Shown one piece after another: positions 14,391 through 28,454 of a DNA stretch of 64,000 nt. The notes under the pieces are model-generated. The model was not told the DNA's origin and searched no databases. It was given only the letters and a program-made list of their open reading frames with translations. The stretch lies in assembly GCF_009914755.1 (NCBI RefSeq), contig NC_060933.1; one strand, written 5' to 3'. Source of the DNA: the human T2T-CHM13v2.0 reference genome, Homo sapiens. Made by a program: the position numbers and the translations under genes. Numbering within the stretch: the stretch's first letter is position 1; the number at the start of each line of letters is the position of its first letter.

Positions 14391-14680
14391 AAGTGTGAGA
14401 CAAAAAATATTAATTTACCTCAGAAACTAAATGAGCTTTTCCCATTGTATGGAGCTGAGGATTTATGAAAATTGCTTTCTTCCATATGCAGCCAGGCATG
14501 AAGCTGACTTGTGCCTCCATTCCCTGGAAGAATCCATCGGGGAAATGGTGGTAATAGAAGATGCGACTCTGTTTGCTGGATTTAGATGCCATTACTGCAA
14601 GGGCACAGAGGGCTTCATGTAGTTGCAGACAGAAACTATAATGGAAATATTACTTAACAAGGTATCACTTTATATTTCTT

Positions 14681-15274
<594 letters not shown>

Positions 15275-15746
15275 CTAAAACCACTACATCTCTGAGTCAA
15301 AAAGTTGTATTTGTGGTAGTAGTCTAAAAGAAAAATTCTCACCAACAACACCTCAGGGCATTGTAAAAAGTGTTGCTGATTCTTTTCATTAGGGTGGTAA
15401 TTGCTAATTAAAGCCTAATGTATAGTGGGGCTATAAGGGCTTTTTTTCCCTCCATGTTGGAAATAAGCAACTTCCCACATCAGAACGGGCAATGGAAACA
15501 ACCAGAAGCCGCATGGAGATCTGGCACGGGGGCCAGCGAGGGCAGAACGGGAGTCAGCATTGCGCTCATGGCTCTCCGAGAGGGTCTTGGCGGTGGAGCA
15601 CCCTGAGGAAATGGGAGAGTTACCCATGAGGCCTGGTACACCAGCATTTCCTCTACCTTTCCTATATGCCAGGGGATTTACGAAAGATTTTTTTTATAGG
15701 AACAAATAGACTATTTATATCCCCAACAATCACCTTTTTTTTTTAA

Positions 15747-16139
<393 letters not shown>

Positions 16140-17125
16140 CAACAATCACCTTTGACACTTCATATTATAGCAGAGAATGTCTTTCCTCTTGATTATTCAA
16201 GAAAAAATATATAAATGTATACATTCATTTCTATACAATTATGAGCTAAACAATACTGAATATATCTTATTAGATTTAAATAAAATTTAAGTAACAATTT
16301 TATTTCATCATTTCTAATAGTACGAGTTAAATAGATACTATGAGTAGAATTTGTTGTATGGATAAATGGAAGTAAGCATGGATATGTTTGTATATAATAA
16401 AATACAGTCAGCATGAATTTTATCCAATTTTTAAATAAACATAGAGTTATAAATTAAAATTAACCAGCCATACCAACCCATTTGAATCTATAGTTTCCTA
16501 CAAGGGAATGAAAGGCAAAGTAATAGCGAGCCTCCAAATGTTTTAGTCACGCAGTGTAGAGCATCCACAAATCATCTCACCCCTCTGTCGGGGGGCGCTG
16601 TGGGGCGCCCCAGCTTCACTAGTAGTGCTTCTCTGAACTCATGCCTGCACCTTTTCTGCTGGAAGCCTGAACAATGATGCAGAGATACTGTTTTCTTTGT
16701 TGTAGAAAACAGCAGAAGGTCTGTGCTCACGAGGGCAATATTAGGTCCTCATCAGCTGTGGCTTGTTATCTCCAGCACATCAATGAATGGAGAAAATAAG
16801 ATTTAAACAAAGATCAGTGTCTCCATTCTCTAACATTTTACTCAAAATATTGGTTAGGTTAGACTCCACACCCACCAAAACCCAAAACACATTCCGTCTC
16901 ACAGATGCTCTACATTCTTTCAATACAGAAACCTTACGACAAAGCCTACAATATACACTTGTTTTGGTAAAATAATTGGTCCAGTTAGTAAAAAATGAGT
17001 TGAATTAGTGTTCTCCCTCTCACATATTATAACTTTTTTCAATTACAGAGATGTTTACAGAATTTATCTGAGGTGCTTTCTGTGTATCTCTGAAAACACC
17101 TTCGTAATAGTAGGCACACCCTGGC

Positions 17126-17260
17126 TAGTGGTTCTCGGCCCTGGCTGCTCACTGGCATCACCAGGAGAGCTCTGGACATACTGAGGCCTGAGCCCTTCCC
17201 CCAGACACTAATTTAATGGGACTGTGGTGGGGCCTGGGCATGGATGTTTTTAGAAGCATC
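17126..17260. mobile_element. MER5A-type remnant
   Basis: TAGTGGTTCTC..CCTGGCTGC..ATCACCAGGAGAGCT...GTGGGGCCTGGGCAT. Confidence 0.65.
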
Positions 17261-17735
17261 TGCTGATAGATAAGCAATAAATACGAGTTTATTAACTACA
17301 CATGGTGATTTGATTTCCTTGGATTCTTCCCTGATTTTCTGATCCATTGGCCCGTATATGAACAGGCTAACTTCTAGTGTGTGAAAAGACTGACAGGATA
17401 TTAACCTGGCTAAGCGTCTTTGAAAATATAAACGGAGGGACCATGCCTGAAAAGAGTTATGAAAAAAAAAAAAAAAAAACAGAAAATATGCACCTGAGAG
17501 GGGCGCAAAGGAAGCAGGCGAATGTGGGGTCTTGGAGAAGTCACTCCTGATCTTGAGTTTCTATGAGTACACATTAAAGGAAGTCATTGCAGTTTTCTAT
17601 GTACTGTGCATTTGGATATTTTCACAAACCGAAACAATAATTCGCTGTTTCGGGAAGGGGAACAGATAATGTGTTCTAACGTAGCATCTTTACTTTCTCT
17701 ATTATTAGAAACATTTTAAAAATCTATCTTTCTTT

Positions 17736-18057
<322 letters not shown>

Positions 18058-18589
18058 TCAAATGTATTACCACTTTGATTATTATTAGTGAAACTTGGTG
18101 AGTTATATCAAATGATCAGTGATAGGAGATAATATCTACAAGATTTAATGATTGACTATAGGGAAGGAGAAGAGAAAGGAATAGATTTCTAAGTCAAATT
18201 CCATTGATAATGATGAGAATCATAGGGGGAGGAGTCAATGGGTAGGAGAAAAAATATTTGGTTTAGGACATGCTGAATGTGAGGAGCCTGTGATAAAGGA
18301 TAGGATAATATGAAAAGCTTCCAAAAGGAGTACACCAGATTATGAGATCTACCTTTTCCCCAAACTAATAAAGGGAAAAAATATTAACTCCATTGTTAAT
18401 TCTCCATTGATCCTGATGAAACGTCAGTACTGCTGATGAGATGTAAAAATAAAAAGCAGCAAGACTAAAGTTCTCCAAGATTCCTCTAGGATATGTTTGG
18501 TGTCTGCATTTGCATTTACTGTCATTTAATCTACGTTATTCAAGATGCTTTCTATTTGGAACCCCAAAACAAATGGTTGAATGGGCTTG

Positions 18590-19031
18590 CTCTGACTATC
18601 TATTTCCACAGAACAACCACCCAAAATTTAGTGGCTTAAAAAATGACAGCATTTATTTTGTTTATGAATATGCAATAACTCCGCATGGTTTGGGGATGGC
18701 TCAAAGACCAGGGGCGAGGATCATCTGCAGGCTCATCCACTCACACATCTAGTGGTTGATACTAGCTGTTGGATTTCCATGTGGCTCTTCAGCTTCCTCT
18801 CAGCGTAGTAGATGGATCCAATGGTGAGTGTACCAGGAGAGCAGAAGGGAGCCAGGCATAGCTGTCTGGCCTTTCCTAACTGAGCTGAGGAAGTCACATG
18901 GTGTCATTTCTACCATATTACAGTCATTAGAAGTGAGCCAGTAAATCTGGCTCATATTCAAAGAGAGGGAAATTAGACTCTATTTTTAAATAAGTGTTAA
19001 AGAATTTAAGGGCATATTTTCAAACTGCCAG
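18590..19031 (-). mobile_element. MLT1-type MaLR solo LTR
   Basis: AACCACCCAAAATTTAGTGGCTTAAAA...GAAGTCACATGGTGTCATTTC...CAAAGAGAGGGAAATTAGACTC. Confidence 0.75.
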
Positions 19032-21694
19032 AGGGATCTCAGAAGGCTCTGCCACCTACAACCAACTATTTCTTTGCATTTTAATAGAATTTTTAAGAGA
19101 AATCATAGCTGAAGCTGAGGTTATATTTTGGAGTCGTCACAGTGAAAGAAATAAAGTACATGTAATTTGATATTTCAGAGCATTTTTCCCTTTGTCCAAG
19201 ACATTTTAAATTTGAAATATGGTTTTGGCAGTTTTGTAAGAGATATTACGTAAATTGAAAGGAGAAGATGAGTTTTGGGGTCAATCTTAAAAATTCATTT
19301 TGGAGAAGCACAGCATTTGCACAGCATCCCTCTGATTTCATGCCATTTGTATAAAAGAGCTGTGCTTTCCCAGGAGTGGAAACTACATTATTGGAAAAAT
19401 ATAGGTTCTTTAGGGTAAATGATAGCACAAAGATAGTAAATGTCTTTTCATTTGAAATAACCTTTGTGGAAATGCTATTATTCTCAATATATTGTAAAAG
19501 AGATGAATCAGAACAGTGTTAGAAACTATTTAATGGATCATCTATCTGTGACATATTATAAAGCTAACTGTTGAATTACCACTTGGCTAAAGGAGGCATC
19601 ATGGCCAGAAAGGGTTCAGCTTTGGAATCCACAACCATGGTTTTGAATCTTGGTTTGACTTTTCTTTGCCGAGAGATCTTGAAGTTTTGTTATGAGGATT
19701 AGAGCACAATTCCTGGTATCTGCTCTCTGGCTGACACTCAGAAACTGAGACTTGTCATTAAGATTGTGATGGTGAGATGATGATGAGAAATTGTTTGACT
19801 ATCTCAGGAATAGTAGAAATTATTAAAATATTGAATTGTACCCATGAGACCATGTGGCCAGGCAAGAAGAATGAGATAGGCCCTTTCTTCAAAGTATATG
19901 ATTTTTTTTATTATTGAAGAAATTATTCATAAACACTTGAAAACAAAGCATATTCAAAGTTTTAAACTGTACCTAAAAGATAGTGCCATAAGAGTTGTGA
20001 GCTTTTGCTAAAAACTTTGACCTTAAAATGGGCAACTCATGAACTATGAATTATTTTAAGGGTCTAATTTATTGCATTTTTTGATTCATATGAATTTCCC
20101 TTGACAATGTTAATTCAGTTATCAGGGCAAATGAAAAAATAAGCTCTGTAAATTAAAATACAGAAATATTTACATATTGTGGCTTGTCTCTGGAACTTTT
20201 ATAATGGGATATTATATTTTAACATAATGTTGGCATAAAATATTATAATCAAGATATCAGCAATATAGTTACAAGTTGTTCTTTCAAAACACAGGGTCAT
20301 AACTCACAGGTACCTAATTTCAAAATACTTGGCATAATTTACAATTTATAAATCTATAATCTCTTTAAGGCTAATTGTTCTAATGTATAATTAATGCACT
20401 AGTGCCATGACTAACTTTTAAGAATGCTGCATTTTCCACACCAGTTTATTGATAACCTAAAATATTGCAGTCATTCTTGTAAAAAGTTGTTAAAGATGTC
20501 TCTGTAAAATATAATGGCAAATGCTGGCTATTTTATGAATGGGAATTACAATAGTAAATAGTAAAACTGAAAATATTTTCCAAGAATAAATGTGCTTCAT
20601 GTGGGTTTGATCAGCACATCTGATTGAAGATTTGAGGTGAGATACATTGTCCCCATTAAGTTTAAGGGTTTCAGCGCAAAATTAGCTGATCTACTCTTTG
20701 AAACGCAGAGCATTTGTGAAAATGCCAAATGCATCTCTGTTAGAATCTCATCCATGAGCAAATGAGTAATGTAAGTCAGATACAATGGTTAATTCTGTGG
20801 TTTGCCAAATCTGTACACTTTCCTGTTACTTTGTAGATTGTAAAATAATGATGCAGCGTTCACCCTAATGATCAATTGTTTTCCTTACTAAAATGTAAGC
20901 ATTTAAAAGATCTGCCTAATTTTTTCTAAGTGTATGTTAGGCAGATCTATACTTCCAACTCCTAAAGCATTCTTCTAAAGCAGTTTATTAGAGTGCACAC
21001 TAATGGCTTATCAATTAAGCAAACACGATCAGTATTGAGCACTTGCTCTGCTCCAGGGTGCCGGTGCTAGGTTCACGTGCATCAGGGAGAAAGAGTCATT
21101 GTCCTCATGAAGCTTACAGGGGGGCAGATTGATTGAACCGACACCTCTGATTCCCTTTTAAGCCTGTAAGCAGCTGCTCCGTAAAGCACGTGTTTCAAAC
21201 ACAACCACCTTCAGAGATGAGGTGATTCTGTTGAGTGGGTGAAGCAGGCCAGGCATGAGGCCGCAAGCAGTGGTTTAGACCAGTTCATTGGAGAATCCCT
21301 GCCTTATTAAAAGTATTTCCTTCCAAAAATGTGAAAGGAAGACTTGTCCTTTCCCCCAAATCATTTAGAAAGCTTGCTTTGTCACCTCTGCTTCTAAGGA
21401 GTCCTGGTTGGTCTCCAAAAGGAAGCTTTCTCTAAAGAACAGTGTAGTACAAAGTAAGATGGGACAAGACTAAGGGGGCCCACTCCTGAGCTGCTCAGCC
21501 ACTTGCCCACCTCAGGTAAACACTGAGCCCGGTGGTCTTTCAGTCATTCCAGGTCTGATGTTCTACAGTTTTGTCAGGTTATCTGGGAGAAATTTTGATG
21601 CTGAAGACTCCCGAAAGTAGGAGAAGCATTTCAAACTGAGGCCTAAGATGTTTTCAAGTTGTGGCAGAGTTGCCTTGAAGAAGGTAACTCGGGC

Positions 21695-21730
21695 TTTGCC
21701 CTTTGCCCTTTTGCCCTTTGCCCTTTGCCC
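21695..21730. repeat. (TTTGCCC)5 heptamer tandem repeat
   Basis: Five units with one extra T. Confidence 0.9.
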
Positions 21731-22009
21731 TCACCTGCAGCCAGCACATCCATACCTCACCTCTAATACAGCAACCCCTGTTTGACATGTTGTATATATT
21801 AAGCTTTTACTTAAGATGTCATTTAATGAAAAAGATTTTGCTGCTTAAAAAGCAGTGGAGAATAATAGCTAGCCTCTTGAGTACACAGTCCTGTAAGATT
21901 TGAGCACATGATTTTTAGAAAAAGAATAGAAAATAAGAGAAAATTATAACCTCACTTTACCTGTCGGGATATTGACATCCCTGTCAGATTTCACAAAGCC
22001 ACATGTGCA

Positions 22010-22190
22010 TCTGGTGAAATCCCAGATCCACCCTTTCTAACTGTATGCTCTTAGGTAGCCAATTAATCTTTCTAGGACTCAGTTTTCCATTCATTAAATG
22101 GGAAACTTAACACATAGGGCTTTTGAGAGGGTTACATGAGTCAATACAAGCAGAGAACTTAGTACTTCCTCTGTCACGTAGTAAGCACTC
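22010..22190 (+). mobile_element. MIR SINE
   Basis: CTCAGTTTTCC...TAAATGGG..ATAGGGCT..GAG.G.TTACATGAG core and GTAGTAAGCACTC tail. Confidence 0.75.
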
Positions 22191-25100
22191 CTTGTTATCC
22201 TTGGATTTTGTGGTACTTTGGAGGAGAATGGCACTCGGATCTCTGTTGGTATAATTTTTACCAAAGTAAAATCTGGTTGAAATAGCATTCAGATTTAGGC
22301 TTAAGGAGAGGATATTTCTTAGAAAGGAAGGCTAAGCTTAATGGGGGAAAAGAGTTATCAGTGAGGCCTTGGGGCAGGGGACTGACTCCACTGGGCATTA
22401 CTTGTGCAAAAGGGATAAAATGTAGAGAGAGTTTTTTTTTCTGGTATATTATTTTATTCCATTAAAGTCAGTGTTCTACTTTTATTTTGTAAAATCATAT
22501 TTCTGAGTCCTGAACAAAAGACTTTCAAGATTTTACTGACAGAGAAATGGAGTGCCACATTCCATAGCTTTGCATATAGAGCTTCACATGCAAAGCTCTT
22601 TGCATCTCAAGGGCTAAAACAGGCTGACTTACAGCAAGTAGCTTTCCTGTAAACTGTAAAGTAGAAGAGAACGGAGACAGCTATGAAGGTGGGAAAAATG
22701 CCTCCTGCAGAAGAAGAGCAGACATAGGGGAGCATAAATAGTATACCCTGCCTGGACCCTGAGAAGGACCCAGACCCGCATGGTGCATATTGAGAGAGAC
22801 ATGGCTGTGGATGCTCATTACTTGGGATTCTCAGTGATGCCTCAATCCACAATTTTGTATTAATAAAAAAGCCTTTAAAATATTTGCATCTAGGAATCAA
22901 AGTGTCATTCAATGACTTATTGGTCCTCAAATGACAGCTTGGGGTTATACCTTATTTTCTATATCATGGAGTAACTCCTGCACTATATTCATTCTAGGAG
23001 AATTAACTATGTCAATTCTTATGTTCATCTCTTCCTTGGCTGATTATTTGTTAGGGAAAAAGCTTTTGCTTGTTTATTAACTTGTCTCCTTCCTACTCTT
23101 CTGATTATTATTTTGTAATTAAAACAGGATTTTAAAATTCATAGACACTAAAATATTCTAGACTTTTAGCACTGGTTTCTAATATTTTGGGAGGAGAAGC
23201 TTCATTTTTTCTTGAAAATGAAGGTGTAAAGATACTAAATTCCTTGAGTGGAACATCTGGGCTTCATAGAAACTTTGGAGCTATATGATAGTTAGAGAGA
23301 ATGTAGACAGGGTTCCTCATTGTATAGATAATGAAACAGGACCAGAGAGGCTGAGTGACTTGTAGAAGGTCCCCCAGTGAGTAGCAGATCCTGGATGCAT
23401 GCAGCATTGCTAACTCTGAGAGCTAAGTCCTCATCATGTCCCCACCTTCACCACACCACACAGTTCAGGAGAAGGGGCACATCTCTAGAATATGGCTGGA
23501 AAATACACTAGGGAAAACTTTAGATCCACTAGCAGAGTCCAGTGCTCCTCTTGGAGAAAGTGACCAGAAAGAATAAGGCACAGTTAGCTGTTGAAGAAAA
23601 GCTGATTTCTCAGCCAGATTATATACATTAGCATCCATGTTAGTTACCTTTGCTGAATAATTCTTTCCTCAACTCAGCTCTCTGAAGAAACCTCCAGGAA
23701 TTAGCAGGGCTTTGAGTAGAGATGGCATATGTTTGGGCCCTGATGAAAATGATAAAATTGTGGCCTGGTTGCAGCTTGTGTGCTGAAGGAAGAGCATGAT
23801 GCAGTTCATTGGTATGAAAAATGAATGCAACTAAAACCTAAACATTAAAACTTGGCCTTTATTACCAAAGTGAAAGTGCTTCTAATTGAGGCTCCCTGGG
23901 TTTTAATTGTTCTTCAGGAAAATTAGATGTTGTCAAAGTAGAAGGTTAATGTCTGTTCACAGTCTGGAGTTTTTGGAATAACTTCCTTCACAGCGTGTGT
24001 GTTTTAAACATAAAAAGGGCTTTTTGGTTTGTATATAGTTAGTGGGATTACGACTGCCTCACTAGATGCTTACAACAAATATTTAAGAAATCCATAAGTC
24101 TACTATTTATAACAGAATAAACATTTAAATGTAAGATATTTTGACCATTTTGGTAAAACATTTAAAAAATAAACTATCATGAACTGACAAAACCAACATC
24201 ATTTAAAAAAATTCAACATGGCAAAAACTTTATGAGACTTATACCATAGACCAAATTTGTAACTTTAGCCTTGATACATTACTGCTTGTAAATAGAAATG
24301 TTCTTACTATGAAGTGATGTGCTCAGATACACCCAAAATTTATTAAAGGCATGTCAACAGCCAAATTCTGTGGTACAAGGTTTTTCATACATTATTTTAC
24401 ATAACCTTTGAGGAATTCCAATTTTATATTCCCATTTTCAGAAGAGTTGGTTAGTTACTGAATTCAACAAATGAGTGTGAGCAGGGGCCTGGAGTACTTA
24501 AAAAGAATAAACAAAATGCCTTTAAATCAGAAAGACAAAATTGCTAGTAATTTCAGTTAATTGCACTTTACTCCATGTAGCTACAATTGTAGATATCTAG
24601 AAAAAATATCTATGCTAAAAGTCTGCCATCTGGAAAAGTCAAAAGAATGATGAGCTGGTATTAAATCTCAGTAACCCTGGCATATGGAGTATCTCTGCCA
24701 TGTTAAGAGCAGACCTTGGTATGAGACTGACTCTGGGCTTTACATATGAATTTGGAATTGCCAATATCTCCACTTGAACTATGTGAGACAATAAAAGTGC
24801 TCCCTTATACACTTTAGATAATGGGCCCTTTGGGGGATCTGATGTTCATTCTGCCTTTCCCAGAAAAATACAACTATAATAAAATGTTGTAATCAGTTTC
24901 AGTTTATTTATTGCTGATCTTTTATTTTTGTTTTAATTTAACATGGCAATCCACTTTCTATAGTCAAAAGTGCAATTTAAAGAACTCTAACAACTCACAA
25001 TATAGAAGAATGTCTTTGGAAATTTTAGGATTCAAATCTAAAACAAATCTTAAGATTTCTTTTTCCTAGATTGTACTGATGTTACAAGTGCCTTATGTAA

Positions 25101-25339
25101 TACCCAGTTCTTCCCCATGGAGATTTCTCAGTGAAAGAGCCACATCACATGTTCACAAGAGCATCAAGAATAAGAGGGCCACGTACCTAGGAAGAAAGAT
25201 TGGCAAGCATTCTCTCTCCCCCATCAAATATAAATGGATTTAGCACAGGGATTTGGTTTAATTCACTGCTGCCAGCACCTAGAACAATGCTTGAAATTTT
25301 TAATATGACAATGCACAATTCAAGAGGAAATAATAATAT

Positions 25340-25707
25340 TGTATTAGTCTGTTCTCACACTGCTATAAACACATGCCTACGACTTGGTAATATATGAAGA
25401 AAAGAGGTTTCATTGACTCACAGTTCCACAGGCTGTACAGGAGGCATTGCTGGGGAGGCCTCAGGAAACTTAAAATCATGGCGAAATGCAAAGGGGAAAC
25501 AGGCACATCTTCACATGACTGGTAGGAAAGAGAGAGCTGAGAGGTGCTATACACTTTTACAACCATCAGGTCTCTTGAGAACTCACTATAATGAGAATAG
25601 CAATAGCAAGAGGGAAGTCTGCTCCCATGATTCAATCACCTCCTCCAACATTGTGGATTACAATTCGATATGAGACTTGGGTGGAGACACAGAGCCAAAC
25701 CATATCA
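25340..25707 (-). mobile_element. MSTA-like MaLR solo LTR
   Basis: TGTATTAGTC...CCAAACCATATCA; 5-bp TSD AATAT/AACAT. Confidence 0.9.
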
Positions 25708-26219
25708 AACATTAGTACGTGAAAGTAGTTATTATGATAAAACATATTTTAACCAACATACAATTAGTTATATGATTTTTATAATGTTTTCAGTGTTAAA
25801 ATTTTTGAAAAAACTGCAGAAAAACAAGTGGAAGTGAACAAAATTACATTGACAGTAGTAAGTTGTAATGTTTAATTCTTTTAATGTTTCAGTGGGAGCT
25901 AGAAATTGGTTTGATATACTTTTTAGTTCAGTTGGAATACTCCACTTCTCCACTTTGCCTAATATATGCTGCAGCAATAAATTAATTTTCCTTCTGAGAT
26001 TTCTAATAATTTGGGGAGTGCTTATTTGCAAAGAATTGAAAAAAAAGTGACACAAATTTATATATCATGCAAACTATGTGGTTTTGTATTTTCAACTAAT
26101 TGCTGAAGAGCACTTATACGCAAAAAATATCAGATTCCTCAAAGAAGAGATATTTAAGGCAAGTAAAGAAATGTATAGGTCAGTTTCCTTCAAATAATTT
26201 TATTTCTTACTCTTAAAAA

Positions 26220-27125
26220 TCTTTTATTTCAGATTCAGGGGCTACATGTGCGGGTTTGTTACATGGGTGTATTGCATGGTGCTAAGGTTTGGGCTTCTAT
26301 TGATTCCCTTACCCAATACTAAACATAGTACCTAATTGGTAGTATTCAAACCCTGCTGCCTTTTCTCCCACCCTATTTTTGGAGTCCCCGGTGTCTACTG
26401 TTCCTATCTATATTTTCCAGTGTTTAGCTCCCACTTATAAGTGAGAATATGCAGTGTTTGTTTTTCTGTTTCTGCTTTAATTTGCTTAGGAAGTGGTCCC
26501 CAGCTGCATTCATGTTGCTGCAAAGGACATGATTTTGTTCTTTTTATGGCTGTGCAGTATTCCACCGTATATATGTACCACATTTTCTTTATCCAGTCCA
26601 TTGTTGATGGGCACCTAGGTTGATTCCATGTCTTTGCCATTGTGAATAGTATTTTGATAAACATATGAGTGCAGGTGTCTTTTTGGAAGAATAATTTATT
26701 TTTCTTTGGGTAGCTACCTAGTAATGGGATTGCTGGGTCAAATAGTAGTTTTATTTTTAGTTCTCTGAGAAATCATCAAACTGCTTTCCACAGGAGCCAA
26801 ATTAATTTACATTCTCTCCAACAGTTTATAAGTATTCCCTTTCTCTACAGCCATGCCAATATCTGTTGTTTTTTGACTTTTTAATAAGAGCCATTCTGAC
26901 TGGTGTGAGATAATATCTCATTGCATCTTTTTGATAATTAACGATGTTGAGCATTTTTTTCATATGCTTCTTGGCCACTTGTATGTCTTCTTTTGAGAAA
27001 TGTCTGTTCCTTTTGCCCACTTTTTAATGAGGTTATTTGGGTTTTCTGTTGATTTGTTTAAGTTCTTTATAAATTCTGGATATTTGTTTTTTGTTGGGTA
27101 CATAGTTTACAAATATCAAATATTT
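26220..27125 (-). mobile_element. 5'-truncated L1 (L1PA15/16-like) 3' end
   Basis: ORF2 C-terminal remnants (TWNQPRCPSTMDWIKKMWYIYTVEY; YYLTPVRMA) plus 3'UTR. Confidence 0.9.
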
Positions 27126-28454
27126 TCAATCTGGAAACTTGGATCTTTTATTTTTATGATGATAAATTGAGGCATATTGCAAGAAAAACATTTGAATCAG
27201 AATATTTACCAATATTATCATAATAGTGAATTATATTTTTACTTGTCCCTACATTTTGGTAATAACAATTAAATTTTGCTAAATAATAATTAAGTGCTGG
27301 TCCAAGATGGTGGACTGATTATTCTTCCAGGGGGCCAATTTCAATGACAATAAATGAGAAAATGATGTGAATCAGTAACAATACTAATTTAAGCTAATTT
27401 CTATATTTCTATAGTGTACATGTTCTTTGAAGCAACAAGTATCTATCACTGTAAGAATAAGACATTTGGAAAATGTCTTATATATATGAGATATGTCATA
27501 TATATGTATGTAAATAAACCATAACGTTTCTGTGGTATATGATGTGAGCTATTTTCAAATATGTGAGTTCCAACCTCCCTCTGTTAAGGAACATTTAACT
27601 TTCAGTGATTCATGTCACTTCTGAGACCAACTGTCCCCAGCCTCTGAGATTCAGATAAAAACAAGTATCCTTAGCTCTAGATTAATCCAATGGCACTGAG
27701 CATCTATGGTGATGAAAGATATATTTTCGGTAGTCATTTTACCAAAGATGGTGCTGTGAAAACCATCAAAATATAAATCATGGCCTTAACCATCTATCTG
27801 AGAAGACAAGACTAATACACTTGAAACACAAGAAACAAATGCAAGAGAATATAAATATACTTGTCATTGAATTTTGCAATACAGCCTACGAATGTTATAG
27901 AGGCTCATCTAAATGAGGAAGTCAATGATGCATAGTATAATCAAGATATGCTTCCTAGAATACATTGTGTAGATGGATTTGAATAGGCAGATGGATAAAG
28001 ATGAACATTTAAGACATGAGCAAATGCCTACACACCTGAAAAAATGTGGCAAGTCTGTATAGGAGAGAAGAACATCTCTGAGGGCTTGAGCTACAGTGTG
28101 ATAAGGAGCTCATTTGAATAATCTGGTGGAATCAGATGGGCTATGGAAGCCTGATGGAGTAACACAAGCAGATAATCAGCAAAGATGCTTATCAGCTCTA
28201 AGAAGGACTAGAAAAAAATTTCAGAATATAAACCAAGGAAATAATTTTTAAATGTATAAAATTTAACCTAAATATAATTCTATAATGTAAACAGAAAAAA
28301 ATAATTGACTGGAAACTATTTTCATCAAATATGAACATTATAAATTACTCTCATGGATTACTCAATGTACTTTAAATTTTAAACATTTTAAAATGATTCA
28401 ATTTTTAAATTTGTCTTTAAATTTATATATAATATATTTGAGATATAAAAAAAC

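Noticed and set aside
19350-19360. TATAAAAG as a promoter
   Set aside because: An isolated motif in AT-rich DNA with no supporting elements or downstream gene.
25768-26055. 95-aa minus-strand ORF with protein-like composition
   Set aside because: No recognisable homology, AT-rich, and no matching minus-strand donor.
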